The notes under the pieces: generated by a model
Seen by the model: only the letters and a program-made list of their open reading frames with translations
Told to the model about the DNA's origin: nothing
The model's database searches: none
Source: Christensenella sp. UBA1224
Lineage (GTDB): Bacteria > Bacillota > Clostridia > Christensenellales > Aristaeellaceae
Assembly (NCBI GenBank): GCA_002309235.1
Contig: DBXA01000185.1
Span: forward strand, 6,418 to 45,175
DNA length: 38,758 nt
Direction of reading: 5' to 3'
Program-made: the position numbers and the translations under genes
Part shown: piece after piece, positions 24,661-33,361 of the stretch
How the letters are laid out: each line of letters starts with the position of its first letter
Position numbering within the stretch: the stretch's first letter is position 1

Positions 24661-25698
24661 ATGGCTAATTATCCGTGGAAGTGGAAGGGCGTGCTTTTGA
24701 CTGCGCCTTTGAAAGGTGATATGGATGTCGTGTGTGAGCTGATTGAAAAAAAGCTTGCACCTGCCGGTGTCAATCTGGTGATCATTCAAACGCGTTATCG
24801 CTATGAGTTTAAGAGCCACCCTGAATGTACCGGGAATGAACCTATGTCTGAAGCGGACGTGAAACAGCTGTTGGGTGTATGCAGGGCAAATAACATTTGC
24901 CTCGTTCCCAAAATGAACCTTTTTGCACATCAATCCGGCCGCCTCAATGGGCCGCGTGACGGGATCTTACATGGTTATCATGAGGATGAAGATATCTTCC
25001 CGTATACGCTGGATGGCCTTTTGAAGGCTTATCCGGAATTCAATGAGACGCCGGATATCAAAACGGCGGATTATACGTTCAGCCTGTGCTTATCCAATTC
25101 CGATTGCGCCAGGATTGTATGTGATCTTATGGATGAGATGCTGGAAGTATTTGAGGCGGATGCACTCCATATCGGCTGTGATGAGGCGTTTGATATTGGT
25201 CTTTGTCCACGCTGCAGGGGGAAGGACAAAGTTAAGCTTTTTGCGGATTGGGTGACTATGCTGCATGACCATTTGGCGGCAAAAGGTGCAAAGACACTGA
25301 TGTGGGGAGACAGGTTTATTAATTCTGAAACATCAGGGTATAACAGTGCCTATGATGCCTGTACTGTGGGAACGGAAGCGGCTGTTAAGTTGATTCCGAA
25401 GGACATCATATTGTGCGACTGGCATTATGGTAAACATGAAGCATATAAATCAGTAGACATGTTTGCCGAAGAAGGCTTTAAGATGTTCTTCTCACCATGG
25501 CGTATTCCGGAAAATGCACTCGCGTTTTATAATTACGCAAAGTCACATGATAAAGGGCATATACTTGGTTTGCTTGCCACCACCTGGTGTTCATCTGGAG
25601 AACTGGCAAGAGCGATTCTCTATGGGGAGAAGCCTCGCTGGGAGAAAACGCAGGCGGTTATAGATGCGTGGAATGAAATGCTCTTCCAGGATCCATGA
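24661..25698 (+). CDS. GH20-like glycoside hydrolase (catalytic TIM-barrel only), cytoplasmic
   Basis: Trimmed to ATG 24661 (MANYPWKWKG). ALHIGCDEAFDIG resembles the HxGGDE catalytic Asp-Glu block of family 20 hexosaminidases, and LVPKMNLFAHQSG fits the barrel. Short (345 aa) and lacks the usual N-terminal domain. Confidence 0.5.
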   Translation: MANYPWKWKGVLLTAPLKGDMDVVCELIEKKLAPAGVNLVIIQTRYRYEFKSHPECTGNEPMSEADVKQLLGVCRANNICLVPKMNLFAHQSGRLNGPRDGILHGYHEDEDIFPYTLDGLLKAYPEFNETPDIKTADYTFSLCLSNSDCARIVCDLMDEMLEVFEADALHIGCDEAFDIGLCPRCRGKDKVKLFADWVTMLHDHLAAKGAKTLMWGDRFINSETSGYNSAYDACTVGTEAAVKLIPKDIILCDWHYGKHEAYKSVDMFAEEGFKMFFSPWRIPENALAFYNYAKSHDKGHILGLLATTWCSSGELARAILYGEKPRWEKTQAVIDAWNEMLFQDP

Positions 25699-25710
25699 GG
25701 AGGATAAAAT

Positions 25711-26700
25711 ATGGACATTAGATCATGTGGCGAAATGATCCGTAAATATGGCTTGATTGCTTCGCTTGGTTCAAATGCAAGGGATGCTGCAAGCGCATTC
25801 TCGAAGAATTGGGTACGTGTTTTTGAAGTATCTGATTCCGAAAAATGCCGAGAAATCCGGACTGTATGTTCTGATGCTGTCATTGGTGTGGCTGGGATCG
25901 AGGATGAAGAAGGCTGCCGCAATGCTATAGCATGTGGTACTTCTTATATTTCAACCTTTGGAGTCGATGACGATATTGCTTGTATCTGCCGGGAAAATGA
26001 AACGCTTTATATACCTTCGTGTTCTACTGCGGCGGAAATCTACCAAGCAAAAAAGTCAGGCTGCGGGATCGTAAAGTTTTATCCGGCCGGCTTATGTGGC
26101 GCTGTGGAGATGGTAAAAGCATTCGGTGAGAGATTCCCGGATGTGCTGTTGATCCCTGAAGGCCAGGTGGAGATTGGGAATATAGGGGATTATTCCTGCC
26201 TTAAAAATGTCTGCGCAGTTCAGCCTTCTGGCCTTCGGGTGGAAAACGTACAGGAGGCTGTCAGATGCCTGATTGGCTTTGAAATGTATCATATGGGTAT
26301 TAATATGCCTTCTGCGGCGGATTCGCAGGCTTTGGCTGCCAAATTCCGCGACGCTTTCGGCTTTGAAGCTGGTGAAGGTCCTTTTGCGTACTATTCCAGC
26401 CAGAATCTCCGCGTTATTGATAGCGTGCTTTTTGACTGTAATAAAAAAGCTGTTGTGGGAGGACCGGGCGCGTTTTATCAGACAGCAGACTTTGAGATCA
26501 TGAAGACTATGTCACGTGGAAAGAACGGACATATTGGTATTCGCGTTAATGATGGGCTTCGGGCAGTCGCATATCTGGAGGAAAAGGGTTGGATGATGGA
26601 GCCATCTACTTATTTCTATACAGACGGAAGGATTTTTACTGTATATTTGAAGGATGAGGACTTTGGCGGATTTGCCGTACATCTTCTCCAAAAATTTTAA
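25711..26700 (+). CDS. Eda (KDPG/KHG aldolase)-like domain fused to a C-terminal VOC/glyoxalase-like domain
   Basis: 329 aa. The N-terminal ~200 aa align by eye with E. coli Eda: VRVFEVS vs VRVLEVT, VIGVAGI vs IVGAGTV, IVKFYPAG vs FKFFPAE (Schiff-base Lys kept), LLIPEGQV vs RFCPTGGI. The C-terminal ~130 aa (MYHMGINMP...GHIGIRVND...AVHLLQK) look like a VOC-fold module. Confidence 0.55.
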   Translation: MDIRSCGEMIRKYGLIASLGSNARDAASAFSKNWVRVFEVSDSEKCREIRTVCSDAVIGVAGIEDEEGCRNAIACGTSYISTFGVDDDIACICRENETLYIPSCSTAAEIYQAKKSGCGIVKFYPAGLCGAVEMVKAFGERFPDVLLIPEGQVEIGNIGDYSCLKNVCAVQPSGLRVENVQEAVRCLIGFEMYHMGINMPSAADSQALAAKFRDAFGFEAGEGPFAYYSSQNLRVIDSVLFDCNKKAVVGGPGAFYQTADFEIMKTMSRGKNGHIGIRVNDGLRAVAYLEEKGWMMEPSTYFYTDGRIFTVYLKDEDFGGFAVHLLQKF

Positions 26701-26718
26701 AACAAGGAAGGCGCGGCT

Positions 26719-27720
26719 ATGAAGCTGTATATCGGATGCTATACCACCCGCCTGGAAGGGAAGGGCCTTGCGCAGCTGGAACTCGATGGAGATCGGCTGC
26801 GCCTTTCGGGTATTTATCGAGATATTGAGGACCCTCTGTACTGTGCGCTTTCTGATGATAGAAAGAGATTGTATGCAGTAGGAGTCGGAAGCGATGGAGA
26901 AGGATACTGCGTTGCTTATGATGTCAGCGGTGTTGTGCCGATCCTGATCTCGAAAGGTAAACTCGGTGCTCCGGACTGCTGTCACGTGGAATTGAGCCCT
27001 GATGAAAGGTTTGCTTACGCGGCATGCTACGCTTCGGGCAGAGTATCTGTATTGCCTATACAAGATGGCATAAAAGATACGATCCAGGTCATACAGCTCG
27101 AAGGCGGCAGCCATGTCAATCCACAAAGGCAGGATAAAGCTCACGCTCACCAGATCACGCTGATGCCGAAAAACGACAGGATAGCGCATGTTGTAGATTT
27201 GGGTAGTGATGAAATCGTGAGTTACAGGCGGGATAGCGTTACCGGAAAGCTTGCGGAGATAGGGAGAACACACGTAAGCCCCGGCTCTGGACCAAGGCAT
27301 ATCACTTATCATCCGAATGGACGTTATGCTTACCTTGCGTATGAGCTGGGGAATCTTGTAAGCATGATGGAATGGAAAGGTGATCATTGGGATATCCTGC
27401 AGACATTGTCCACTCTTCCGGAAGATGAACATATGGAAAGCTATGCTGGCGCGATTCGTTTTGATGAAGAGGCGGGAAAGGTGCTGGTGACCAACAGAGG
27501 ACATAACAGCATAGTCGTGTTTGATGTTATGAATGATGCGTATCTTTCGTTAGACAGGTTCATACCATGCGGTGGTGATTTCCCGCGCGATCTATGGCTG
27601 CTGAAAGATCGTAGGATGCTGACAGCCAATCAGCTTTCAGGAACAGTTGTTCTTTTAGATGAAAGAGGAAAGAAACTTTCGGAAGCACGTATTAATGCTG
27701 CCGTGAGCGTATGTGGATGA
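26719..27720 (+). CDS. Beta-propeller lactonase family protein (6-phosphogluconolactonase YbhE-like)
   Basis: 333 aa. MKLYIGCYT..., repeated blade-like segments, HAHQI, GSGPRHITYHPNGRYAYL and VTNRGHNSIVVFD are typical of the 7-bladed lactonase family. Confidence 0.7.
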   Translation: MKLYIGCYTTRLEGKGLAQLELDGDRLRLSGIYRDIEDPLYCALSDDRKRLYAVGVGSDGEGYCVAYDVSGVVPILISKGKLGAPDCCHVELSPDERFAYAACYASGRVSVLPIQDGIKDTIQVIQLEGGSHVNPQRQDKAHAHQITLMPKNDRIAHVVDLGSDEIVSYRRDSVTGKLAEIGRTHVSPGSGPRHITYHPNGRYAYLAYELGNLVSMMEWKGDHWDILQTLSTLPEDEHMESYAGAIRFDEEAGKVLVTNRGHNSIVVFDVMNDAYLSLDRFIPCGGDFPRDLWLLKDRRMLTANQLSGTVVLLDERGKKLSEARINAAVSVCG

Positions 27721-28859
27721 TGGATATTCTTGAAGAAGCACGTCAGTTTCGAAGAGACCTGCACAGGATACCGGAATTAGGTTTTCAGGAACATGAAACG
27801 TGTAATTATCTTTGGAAAATTTTGAAGGAAACTTTGCCGGATTCTCTGGACATTTTCTGCGGCACAGGGATCCGAGCAGTCTATAGGTGTAATGTTCCAC
27901 ACAGCGAAACAGTAGCATTCCGTGCGGATATGGACGCCTTGCCTATATGTGAAGAAACCGGGCTCACGTTTGCTTCTGTTCATGAAGGCGTTATGCATGC
28001 GTGCGGCCATGATGGTCATATGGCGGCTCTTCTCTTGCTTGCCAGGAAAATCTCGAGAGAGAGGGAAAAGCTCTGCCGAAATGTTGTGTTGATTTTCCAG
28101 CCTTCCGAGGAAACCCGTTGCGGTGCGGCAAAAATGGTAGCAGCGGGTGTCCTGGAAAAACCTGACATAGATAGGATTTACGCTTGTCACTTGTGGCCTG
28201 GGATCAGAAAAGGTTATTTTGCGACAAAGGCAGGCGTGCTTATGGCACAGGCTTGTTATCCTGATATTACGATCGATGGACAAGCAGCGCATGGAGCCAA
28301 TCCGGATCAGGGCTCGGATGCTGTGGTGGCGGCTTCCGGCTTGATCCAGGCGTTGCAGACGGTCATTTCCCGCAACACGCCGCCTGAGAGGGCGGTAGTT
28401 ATCACCTTTGGCCGAATTGAAGGCGGTGCGGGGCGTAATATCATACCGGCGCATGTTCGAATGGAAGGGACTGTTCGTGCATTTAGTGCGGAAGATTTCG
28501 ATCGGACAATAAAACGAATGGAGGAAATCATCCTGGGTATCGGAACGGCATACAATGTACGTATAGAAATGAAAACAAATGATCATTATCCATGCGTTGA
28601 TAATGATGTATCTCTGGCAGAAGGGCTAAGACGCTTACTCGGCAGCAGGCTGGAATTAGCTGAACCTGTACCAAATGCAGAGGATTTTTCGTATTACCAG
28701 CTAAAGGTGCCTGGTGTTATGTTATTCGCAGGTATCGACGATGGTGTGCATGAGACAAGGCTTCACAGCCCGCGTTTTAACTTTGATGAGGCGATTTTGC
28801 CAGATATGGCGGATCTTTACTGGCGCATCATACAACAGGATCGGGAGGAGTTAATATGA
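27717..28859 (+). CDS. M20D-family amidohydrolase (N-acyl amino acid / amino-sugar-type deacylase)
   Basis: The start ATG 27717 overlaps the upstream stop as ATGA. FRRDLHRIPELGFQEHET, MHACGHDGHMAALL and FQPSEE are the signature blocks of hippurate-hydrolase/ILR1-type M20D enzymes. Confidence 0.85.
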   Translation: MMDILEEARQFRRDLHRIPELGFQEHETCNYLWKILKETLPDSLDIFCGTGIRAVYRCNVPHSETVAFRADMDALPICEETGLTFASVHEGVMHACGHDGHMAALLLLARKISREREKLCRNVVLIFQPSEETRCGAAKMVAAGVLEKPDIDRIYACHLWPGIRKGYFATKAGVLMAQACYPDITIDGQAAHGANPDQGSDAVVAASGLIQALQTVISRNTPPERAVVITFGRIEGGAGRNIIPAHVRMEGTVRAFSAEDFDRTIKRMEEIILGIGTAYNVRIEMKTNDHYPCVDNDVSLAEGLRRLLGSRLELAEPVPNAEDFSYYQLKVPGVMLFAGIDDGVHETRLHSPRFNFDEAILPDMADLYWRIIQQDREELI

Positions 28860-29749
28860 ATATAGGGTTTATTGGATTAGGTGTCATGGGAAAACCTATG
28901 GCAGGAAATCTGCTCAAAGCAGGTTATTCGTTGAAGGTATATGATATTGATCCGAACAGCGTAGCTGTGATGGCGGAACAAGGAGCGATAAAGGCAATAA
29001 GTGCAAAAGATGCTGCACAGGATGCCGATGTCGTAATCACAATGCTGCCTGATGGGCCACAGGTCAAAAGTGTGATTTTGGGAGAAGATGGCCTGATCAA
29101 TGTCATGAAATCTGGCAGCATACTGCTTGATATGAGCAGCATTTCACCTGTAGATAGTGTCAAAATTGCACGGGAGTTGGAAAAGAAAGGTATATCCATG
29201 TTGGATGCGCCGGTCTCGGGAGCATATGCCAAAGCAGTAGATGGCACGCTTTCGATCATGGTAGGCGGCCATGAGGAAGATCTTGCAAAAGTCATGCCGC
29301 TTCTGGAAGTATTGGGAGGAACGATCGTGCATATCGGGCCTTCCGGCAGCGGAAGTGCCTGCAAGCTTGCAAATCAGATCGTTATAGCTGCAGGGATCGC
29401 TGCTGTCGGCGAGGCGTTCATGCTCGCTAAACTCCAGGGATGCGATCTCGAAAAAGTATTTACGGCGGTCAGCAGCGGGTTTGCGGGCTCTACACTGATG
29501 AATTCAACCGTACCGAGAATGCTTGCTGGCAACTACGAGCCTGGATTCAGAATCGATCTGCATCTCAAGGATATCCGCAATGCAGTAAATGCGGGTGATG
29601 CTTGCGGCGCTCCTATGCCTCTGGCTAAGCATATGCTGAGTGTTTTGACCGAGTTATCAAAACAGGGAGACGGCAGCCTTGACAACAGTGGGATTGTTCG
29701 ATATTACGAAAAGACAACGGGAAAAGTGTTTAAGGAAGGTGATGATTGA
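28856..29749 (+). CDS. NAD(P)-dependent beta-hydroxyacid dehydrogenase (2-hydroxy-3-oxopropionate reductase / HIBADH family), copy 2
   Basis: 297 aa. The ATG overlaps the upstream stop (ATGA). MNIGFIGLGVMGKPMAGNL, LDAPVSGAYAKA, KLANQIVIA, DLHLKDI. Paralogue of 16644..17522. Confidence 0.85.
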   Translation: MNIGFIGLGVMGKPMAGNLLKAGYSLKVYDIDPNSVAVMAEQGAIKAISAKDAAQDADVVITMLPDGPQVKSVILGEDGLINVMKSGSILLDMSSISPVDSVKIARELEKKGISMLDAPVSGAYAKAVDGTLSIMVGGHEEDLAKVMPLLEVLGGTIVHIGPSGSGSACKLANQIVIAAGIAAVGEAFMLAKLQGCDLEKVFTAVSSGFAGSTLMNSTVPRMLAGNYEPGFRIDLHLKDIRNAVNAGDACGAPMPLAKHMLSVLTELSKQGDGSLDNSGIVRYYEKTTGKVFKEGDD

Positions 29750-29750
29750 A

Positions 29751-30773
29751 ATGGGAAAAGGTGATATCCCTGTTCTGGGATTGATGCTGGGAGATCATGC
29801 CGGTTGCGGACCAGAGCTTGTGGCAAAGGCTCTTCTGGCAAAAAAAACAGACAACTATACAGCGGTACTAGTAGGCAATCGGGAGCGCTTCGAAAAGTCG
29901 CGAACTTGTGTGGAAGGCGCTGAAAATATTCAGATAATCCCGTGGGATGGATCTGACAGGCCAGAGCAGGCGTCAGGTTGTACAGCGTATTTCTATGATG
30001 TTCCTGCTGGACCAGATATAGAATTCGGTAAAGCAACGGCAGATGGGGGGCGTCTGATCTTTGACAGTATCAAGGCGGCAATAGAATTGCAGAATGCAGG
30101 AAAGATAGACGGCATTCTCATGGCTCCGATTACGAAAGCAGGCCTCCATATGGCCGGTTACACTTATACATCGGAATTTGAACTGTTTGGTGACCTATAT
30201 GGTACAGGGGAAGCGGCATCTGTTCTGAAGTGCGAAAACTACTTCCGTGCGACAGTCGTCGGGCATTGTGCATTTCGTGAGATTGCTGACAGGATAACAA
30301 CGGAACGTATTCTTGTCACGGCTCATAGACTCCTGGATAAAATGAGTGTCTTCCTTAAGCCGGATGATATTCGTATAGCGATTGCGGCCTTAAATCCGCA
30401 TGCCGGCGAAGGCGGATTGTTTGGAAATGAGGAAGCGACTGTAATACAGCCGGCGATCGATCAGCTGCGTGATGAAGGTTTTAATGTAGCAGGACCATGG
30501 CCTAGTGATACCGCTTTGAATAGGGTGAGATCAGGAGAAGCTAATGGAATCGTATACCTCTACCATGATCAGGGTAATATCGCAATGAAGGCTGTTAATT
30601 TCGGCGGTATAATTCTTATGTATGTGGAGATTCCGGGATTGATTGTTTCTGTCGGCCATGGCCCTGCCATGGACAAGGCGGGCACTGGTCAAGCAACCGC
30701 TGTTAATATCATTGAAAGTATCAATGTCCTGACGATGCTTTCAAAAAAGAAATTGGCAGGTGAAAAGTATTGA
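29751..30773 (+). CDS. PdxA-family NAD-dependent hydroxyacid(-phosphate) dehydrogenase (PdxA2-like), copy 2
   Basis: Trimmed from 29679 to ATG 29751 ([22 protein letters not shown]), directly after the upstream stop. [18 protein letters not shown]. Confidence 0.8.
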   Translation: MGKGDIPVLGLMLGDHAGCGPELVAKALLAKKTDNYTAVLVGNRERFEKSRTCVEGAENIQIIPWDGSDRPEQASGCTAYFYDVPAGPDIEFGKATADGGRLIFDSIKAAIELQNAGKIDGILMAPITKAGLHMAGYTYTSEFELFGDLYGTGEAASVLKCENYFRATVVGHCAFREIADRITTERILVTAHRLLDKMSVFLKPDDIRIAIAALNPHAGEGGLFGNEEATVIQPAIDQLRDEGFNVAGPWPSDTALNRVRSGEANGIVYLYHDQGNIAMKAVNFGGIILMYVEIPGLIVSVGHGPAMDKAGTGQATAVNIIESINVLTMLSKKKLAGEKY

Positions 30774-31531
30774 GTGAGTTTACTGGAAAGACTGTTATTG
30801 TTACTGGGGCTTCCAGTGGTATCGGTAAAGGAATTGCACGAAGATTCTTTCAGGAAGGGGCGAATATGGCCCTTTGCAGCCGTTCAAAAGAGAGAGTTGA
30901 TCAAGCGGCCGCAGAGTATGCAAACCTTCCGGATGAGCGCATATTCTCAATGGATTGCGACATGTCGGATACAGCAGCTATTCGATCTTTTGTCAAAGCC
31001 GTTATAGAGAAATACGGGTCAATTGATATCCTTGTGAACGATGCTGGACTTAGTTTTCCAACGCCCTCTCTGGAATTTACGGAAGAACATTGGGATACGA
31101 CCTTCGATGTTAACATCAAAGGGATGTTTTTCATGAGCCAGGAAGTTGTACGGTATATGATAAAGGCAGGCAAAGGCGCTATTGTCAATATCGGTTCCGT
31201 CAACTCTGTGACGGTTGTGATTGGACAAGCGGCATACGCAGCGTCAAAAGCCGGTATATCTCAGATGACGCGCAGCCTTGGCAGAGAATGGGCGCGCAGC
31301 GGCATCAGAGTGAACTGTGTTGCCCCTGGAAGCATTCCGGCTAAATGCAATGAAAAGATGTATTCAGATCCGGAAGTACTTAAGGCGATGTGTGATAAGA
31401 TTCCTATGGGACGCAGGGGGGAAGTGGACGAGATAGCGGATGCAGTCCTTTTCCTGGCATCTTCCAGAGCAAGTTATATCACGGGACAGACTTTGTTTGT
31501 AGACGGCGGTCTTACGCTGGTACAAGGATAG
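30770..31531 (+). CDS. SDR family oxidoreductase, copy 2
   Basis: The TTG start overlaps the upstream [27 protein letters not shown]. Paralogue of 15862..16626. Confidence 0.85.
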   Translation: MSEFTGKTVIVTGASSGIGKGIARRFFQEGANMALCSRSKERVDQAAAEYANLPDERIFSMDCDMSDTAAIRSFVKAVIEKYGSIDILVNDAGLSFPTPSLEFTEEHWDTTFDVNIKGMFFMSQEVVRYMIKAGKGAIVNIGSVNSVTVVIGQAAYAASKAGISQMTRSLGREWARSGIRVNCVAPGSIPAKCNEKMYSDPEVLKAMCDKIPMGRRGEVDEIADAVLFLASSRASYITGQTLFVDGGLTLVQG

Positions 31532-31544
31532 GAGGTTATTCATT

Positions 31545-32219
31545 ATGGAAAAGAAGATCAGGGTAGGCGTGGTACACACATTTCTTTACTCGGTGGAGGA
31601 TATCAAGGCCCAATTCCGTGCGCAGCTGCCGGAAGTTGAGATGATCAACATCATCGACGACAGCCTATTGGAGGAAGCGCTGGCACACGGAGCCATCACG
31701 AGTGGTATCATTGCCCGTATGTGCGATTACTACCAGAACCTGCAGGATTTGGGGTGTGTCTGTGCCTTGAACCAATGTTCGTCGGTAGGCGAAGCCTCGG
31801 ATATCGCTGGAAAACTGATCGATGTTCCGATCTTTAAGATCGACAGGCCTATGGCAAAGCGTGCAGCAGAGCTCGGTGAGAGGGTAGCTGTGATAGCGAC
31901 AGCATGCTCCACAGTAGAGCCTTCCAGCCGCCTGGTAGAGACAGAAGCGGCGAAGCTCGGCAAAAAGGTAACGGTAGACCGCTGCTTTGTGGAAGGCGCG
32001 TATGACTTCCTGCTGAAGACGGGCGATAAGCAGAAACACAATGAGATGGTGATCGCCAAAGTGGAAAAAGCGGCTGAGGATCATGATGTCATCGTACTGG
32101 CACAGGGATCAATGTTCCATCTTATGCCGCTGCTGGGACATATCAAAGTGCCGGTGTTGACGAGCCTTGAGACGGGTATCGCTCAGATCCGCGGCTATCT
32201 GGACAGTCTGAAAGCATAA
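31545..32219 (+). CDS. Asp/Glu/hydantoin racemase-family protein (single-Cys variant)
   Basis: 224 aa, AGGAGG RBS. CALNQCSSVGE...DVPIFKI...GERVAVIAT...DVIVLAQGSMF aligns by eye with the hydantoin racemase pattern IACFGDPG...PVIGI...VVTT...IVLGCAGM. Confidence 0.65.
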   Translation: MEKKIRVGVVHTFLYSVEDIKAQFRAQLPEVEMINIIDDSLLEEALAHGAITSGIIARMCDYYQNLQDLGCVCALNQCSSVGEASDIAGKLIDVPIFKIDRPMAKRAAELGERVAVIATACSTVEPSSRLVETEAAKLGKKVTVDRCFVEGAYDFLLKTGDKQKHNEMVIAKVEKAAEDHDVIVLAQGSMFHLMPLLGHIKVPVLTSLETGIAQIRGYLDSLKA

Positions 32220-32240
32220 AAACCAAGGAGGAAAAAAACT

Positions 32241-33296
32241 ATGAAAAAGATACGTGTTGGAGTAGCGGGATACGGTACGATCGGCCAGAGGCTGGCGGAT
32301 GGTGTGGCAATGCAGGGAGATATGGAACTGGTCGGTATCGCTGATCTGGCGCCTACTCTGTCGATACGGGCACTGGCAGAAAATGATATGATCGGCGCGA
32401 ACGGCGTGAAGTATGATCTGTATCTGGTGGAAGGCGCTGAGAAGAGCCAATTTGATGAGCTTGGTATCCCTGTTGCCGGCACATTTGAAGAGCTCATCAA
32501 GAGTGTCGATATCATGCTGGACAGTGCACCGGGCGGCGTAGGGGCGAAGAACAAAGTGCTCTATGAGAAATACGGCGTAAAAGCCATATTCCAGGGCGGA
32601 GAGAAGAATTCCGTTGCGGATGTATTCTTCCATGGATATGCGAACTATGAAAAAGGCGTAGGAGCACAGTACCTGAAACTGACAAGCTGCAATACCACCG
32701 GCCTGATCCGTGCGGTCGATGCTCTGGATCGTGAGATAGGAATAGAAAAGGTAGCGATCACGATCATCCGCCGTGTGGCTGATCCGGGAGATTATCATCG
32801 TGGACTTACTAACGCGCTTCAGATGGAAAAAGCACCTTCGCACCAAGCGGTTGACTTGATGACGATCATGCCGCATGTTGAAGCGACCGGTATACTGGTA
32901 CATACGCCGGTAACGCATGGGCATATCATCACGGTTCTCGCTACGGCGAAGGATGGAAAGAAGATCACGAAGGAAAAAGCACTGGAGATATTCAAAAAAC
33001 ATCCGCGCATCCGCGTGGTCTCGATCGCGGAAGGGTTCAAGGGAAACGCGAGTCTCTTCAAGTATGCACGTGATCTGGGCAACAGGCGCGGTGATATGTA
33101 TGAGATAGGTCTGTGGGAGGATTCAATCGTTGAGTCTGGCAATGATATCATGTTTGCGATCAATATCCCGCAGGAATCCGTTACGATTCCTGAGACGATA
33201 GATGGTATCCGTGCTGCAATGTGCATGCAGAAGACGCGTGAGGAAGGAACGGCAGAAACGAATAAATACCTGAATATCGGCAAATTCAAGAAATAA
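32241..33296 (+). CDS. Class II (archaeal-type) glyceraldehyde-3-phosphate dehydrogenase homologue
   Basis: 351 aa. VGVAGYGTIGQRLA Rossmann start. The active site reads LTSCNTTGL, which is the SCNTT order of archaeal class II GAPDH rather than bacterial SCTTN. AAGGAGG RBS. Confidence 0.8.
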   Translation: MKKIRVGVAGYGTIGQRLADGVAMQGDMELVGIADLAPTLSIRALAENDMIGANGVKYDLYLVEGAEKSQFDELGIPVAGTFEELIKSVDIMLDSAPGGVGAKNKVLYEKYGVKAIFQGGEKNSVADVFFHGYANYEKGVGAQYLKLTSCNTTGLIRAVDALDREIGIEKVAITIIRRVADPGDYHRGLTNALQMEKAPSHQAVDLMTIMPHVEATGILVHTPVTHGHIITVLATAKDGKKITKEKALEIFKKHPRIRVVSIAEGFKGNASLFKYARDLGNRRGDMYEIGLWEDSIVESGNDIMFAINIPQESVTIPETIDGIRAAMCMQKTREEGTAETNKYLNIGKFKK

Positions 33297-33312
33297 GCAG
33301 ATTGATAAGGAG

Positions 33313-33343
33313 CGGACGGGGATACTATATGTATCTCCGTCCG
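33313..33343 (+). other. 12-bp stem-loop in the GAPDH-PGK intergenic region
   Basis: CGGACGGGGATA (33313-33324) pairs with TATCTCCGTCCG (33332-33343), with one G-U pair and a 7-nt loop. Only TTT follows, so it is not a canonical terminator. Confidence 0.5.
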
Positions 33344-33361
33344 TTTGAGCGGAGGCAGAAA

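Noticed and set aside
26512-28586. Long minus-strand ORFs at 26512..27504 (330 aa) and 27777..28586 (269 aa). Similar cases are 33875..34906, 35135..35860, 35907..36659, 37506..38450, 5760..6743, 21041..21790 and 32109..33002, plus the + strand ORF 36533..37237.
   Set aside because: Each one mirrors a confidently identified gene on the other strand (lactonase, M20D, PGK, TDH, hydrolase, ald, SBP, permease, GAPDH, ilvE) and shows no motifs or RBS.
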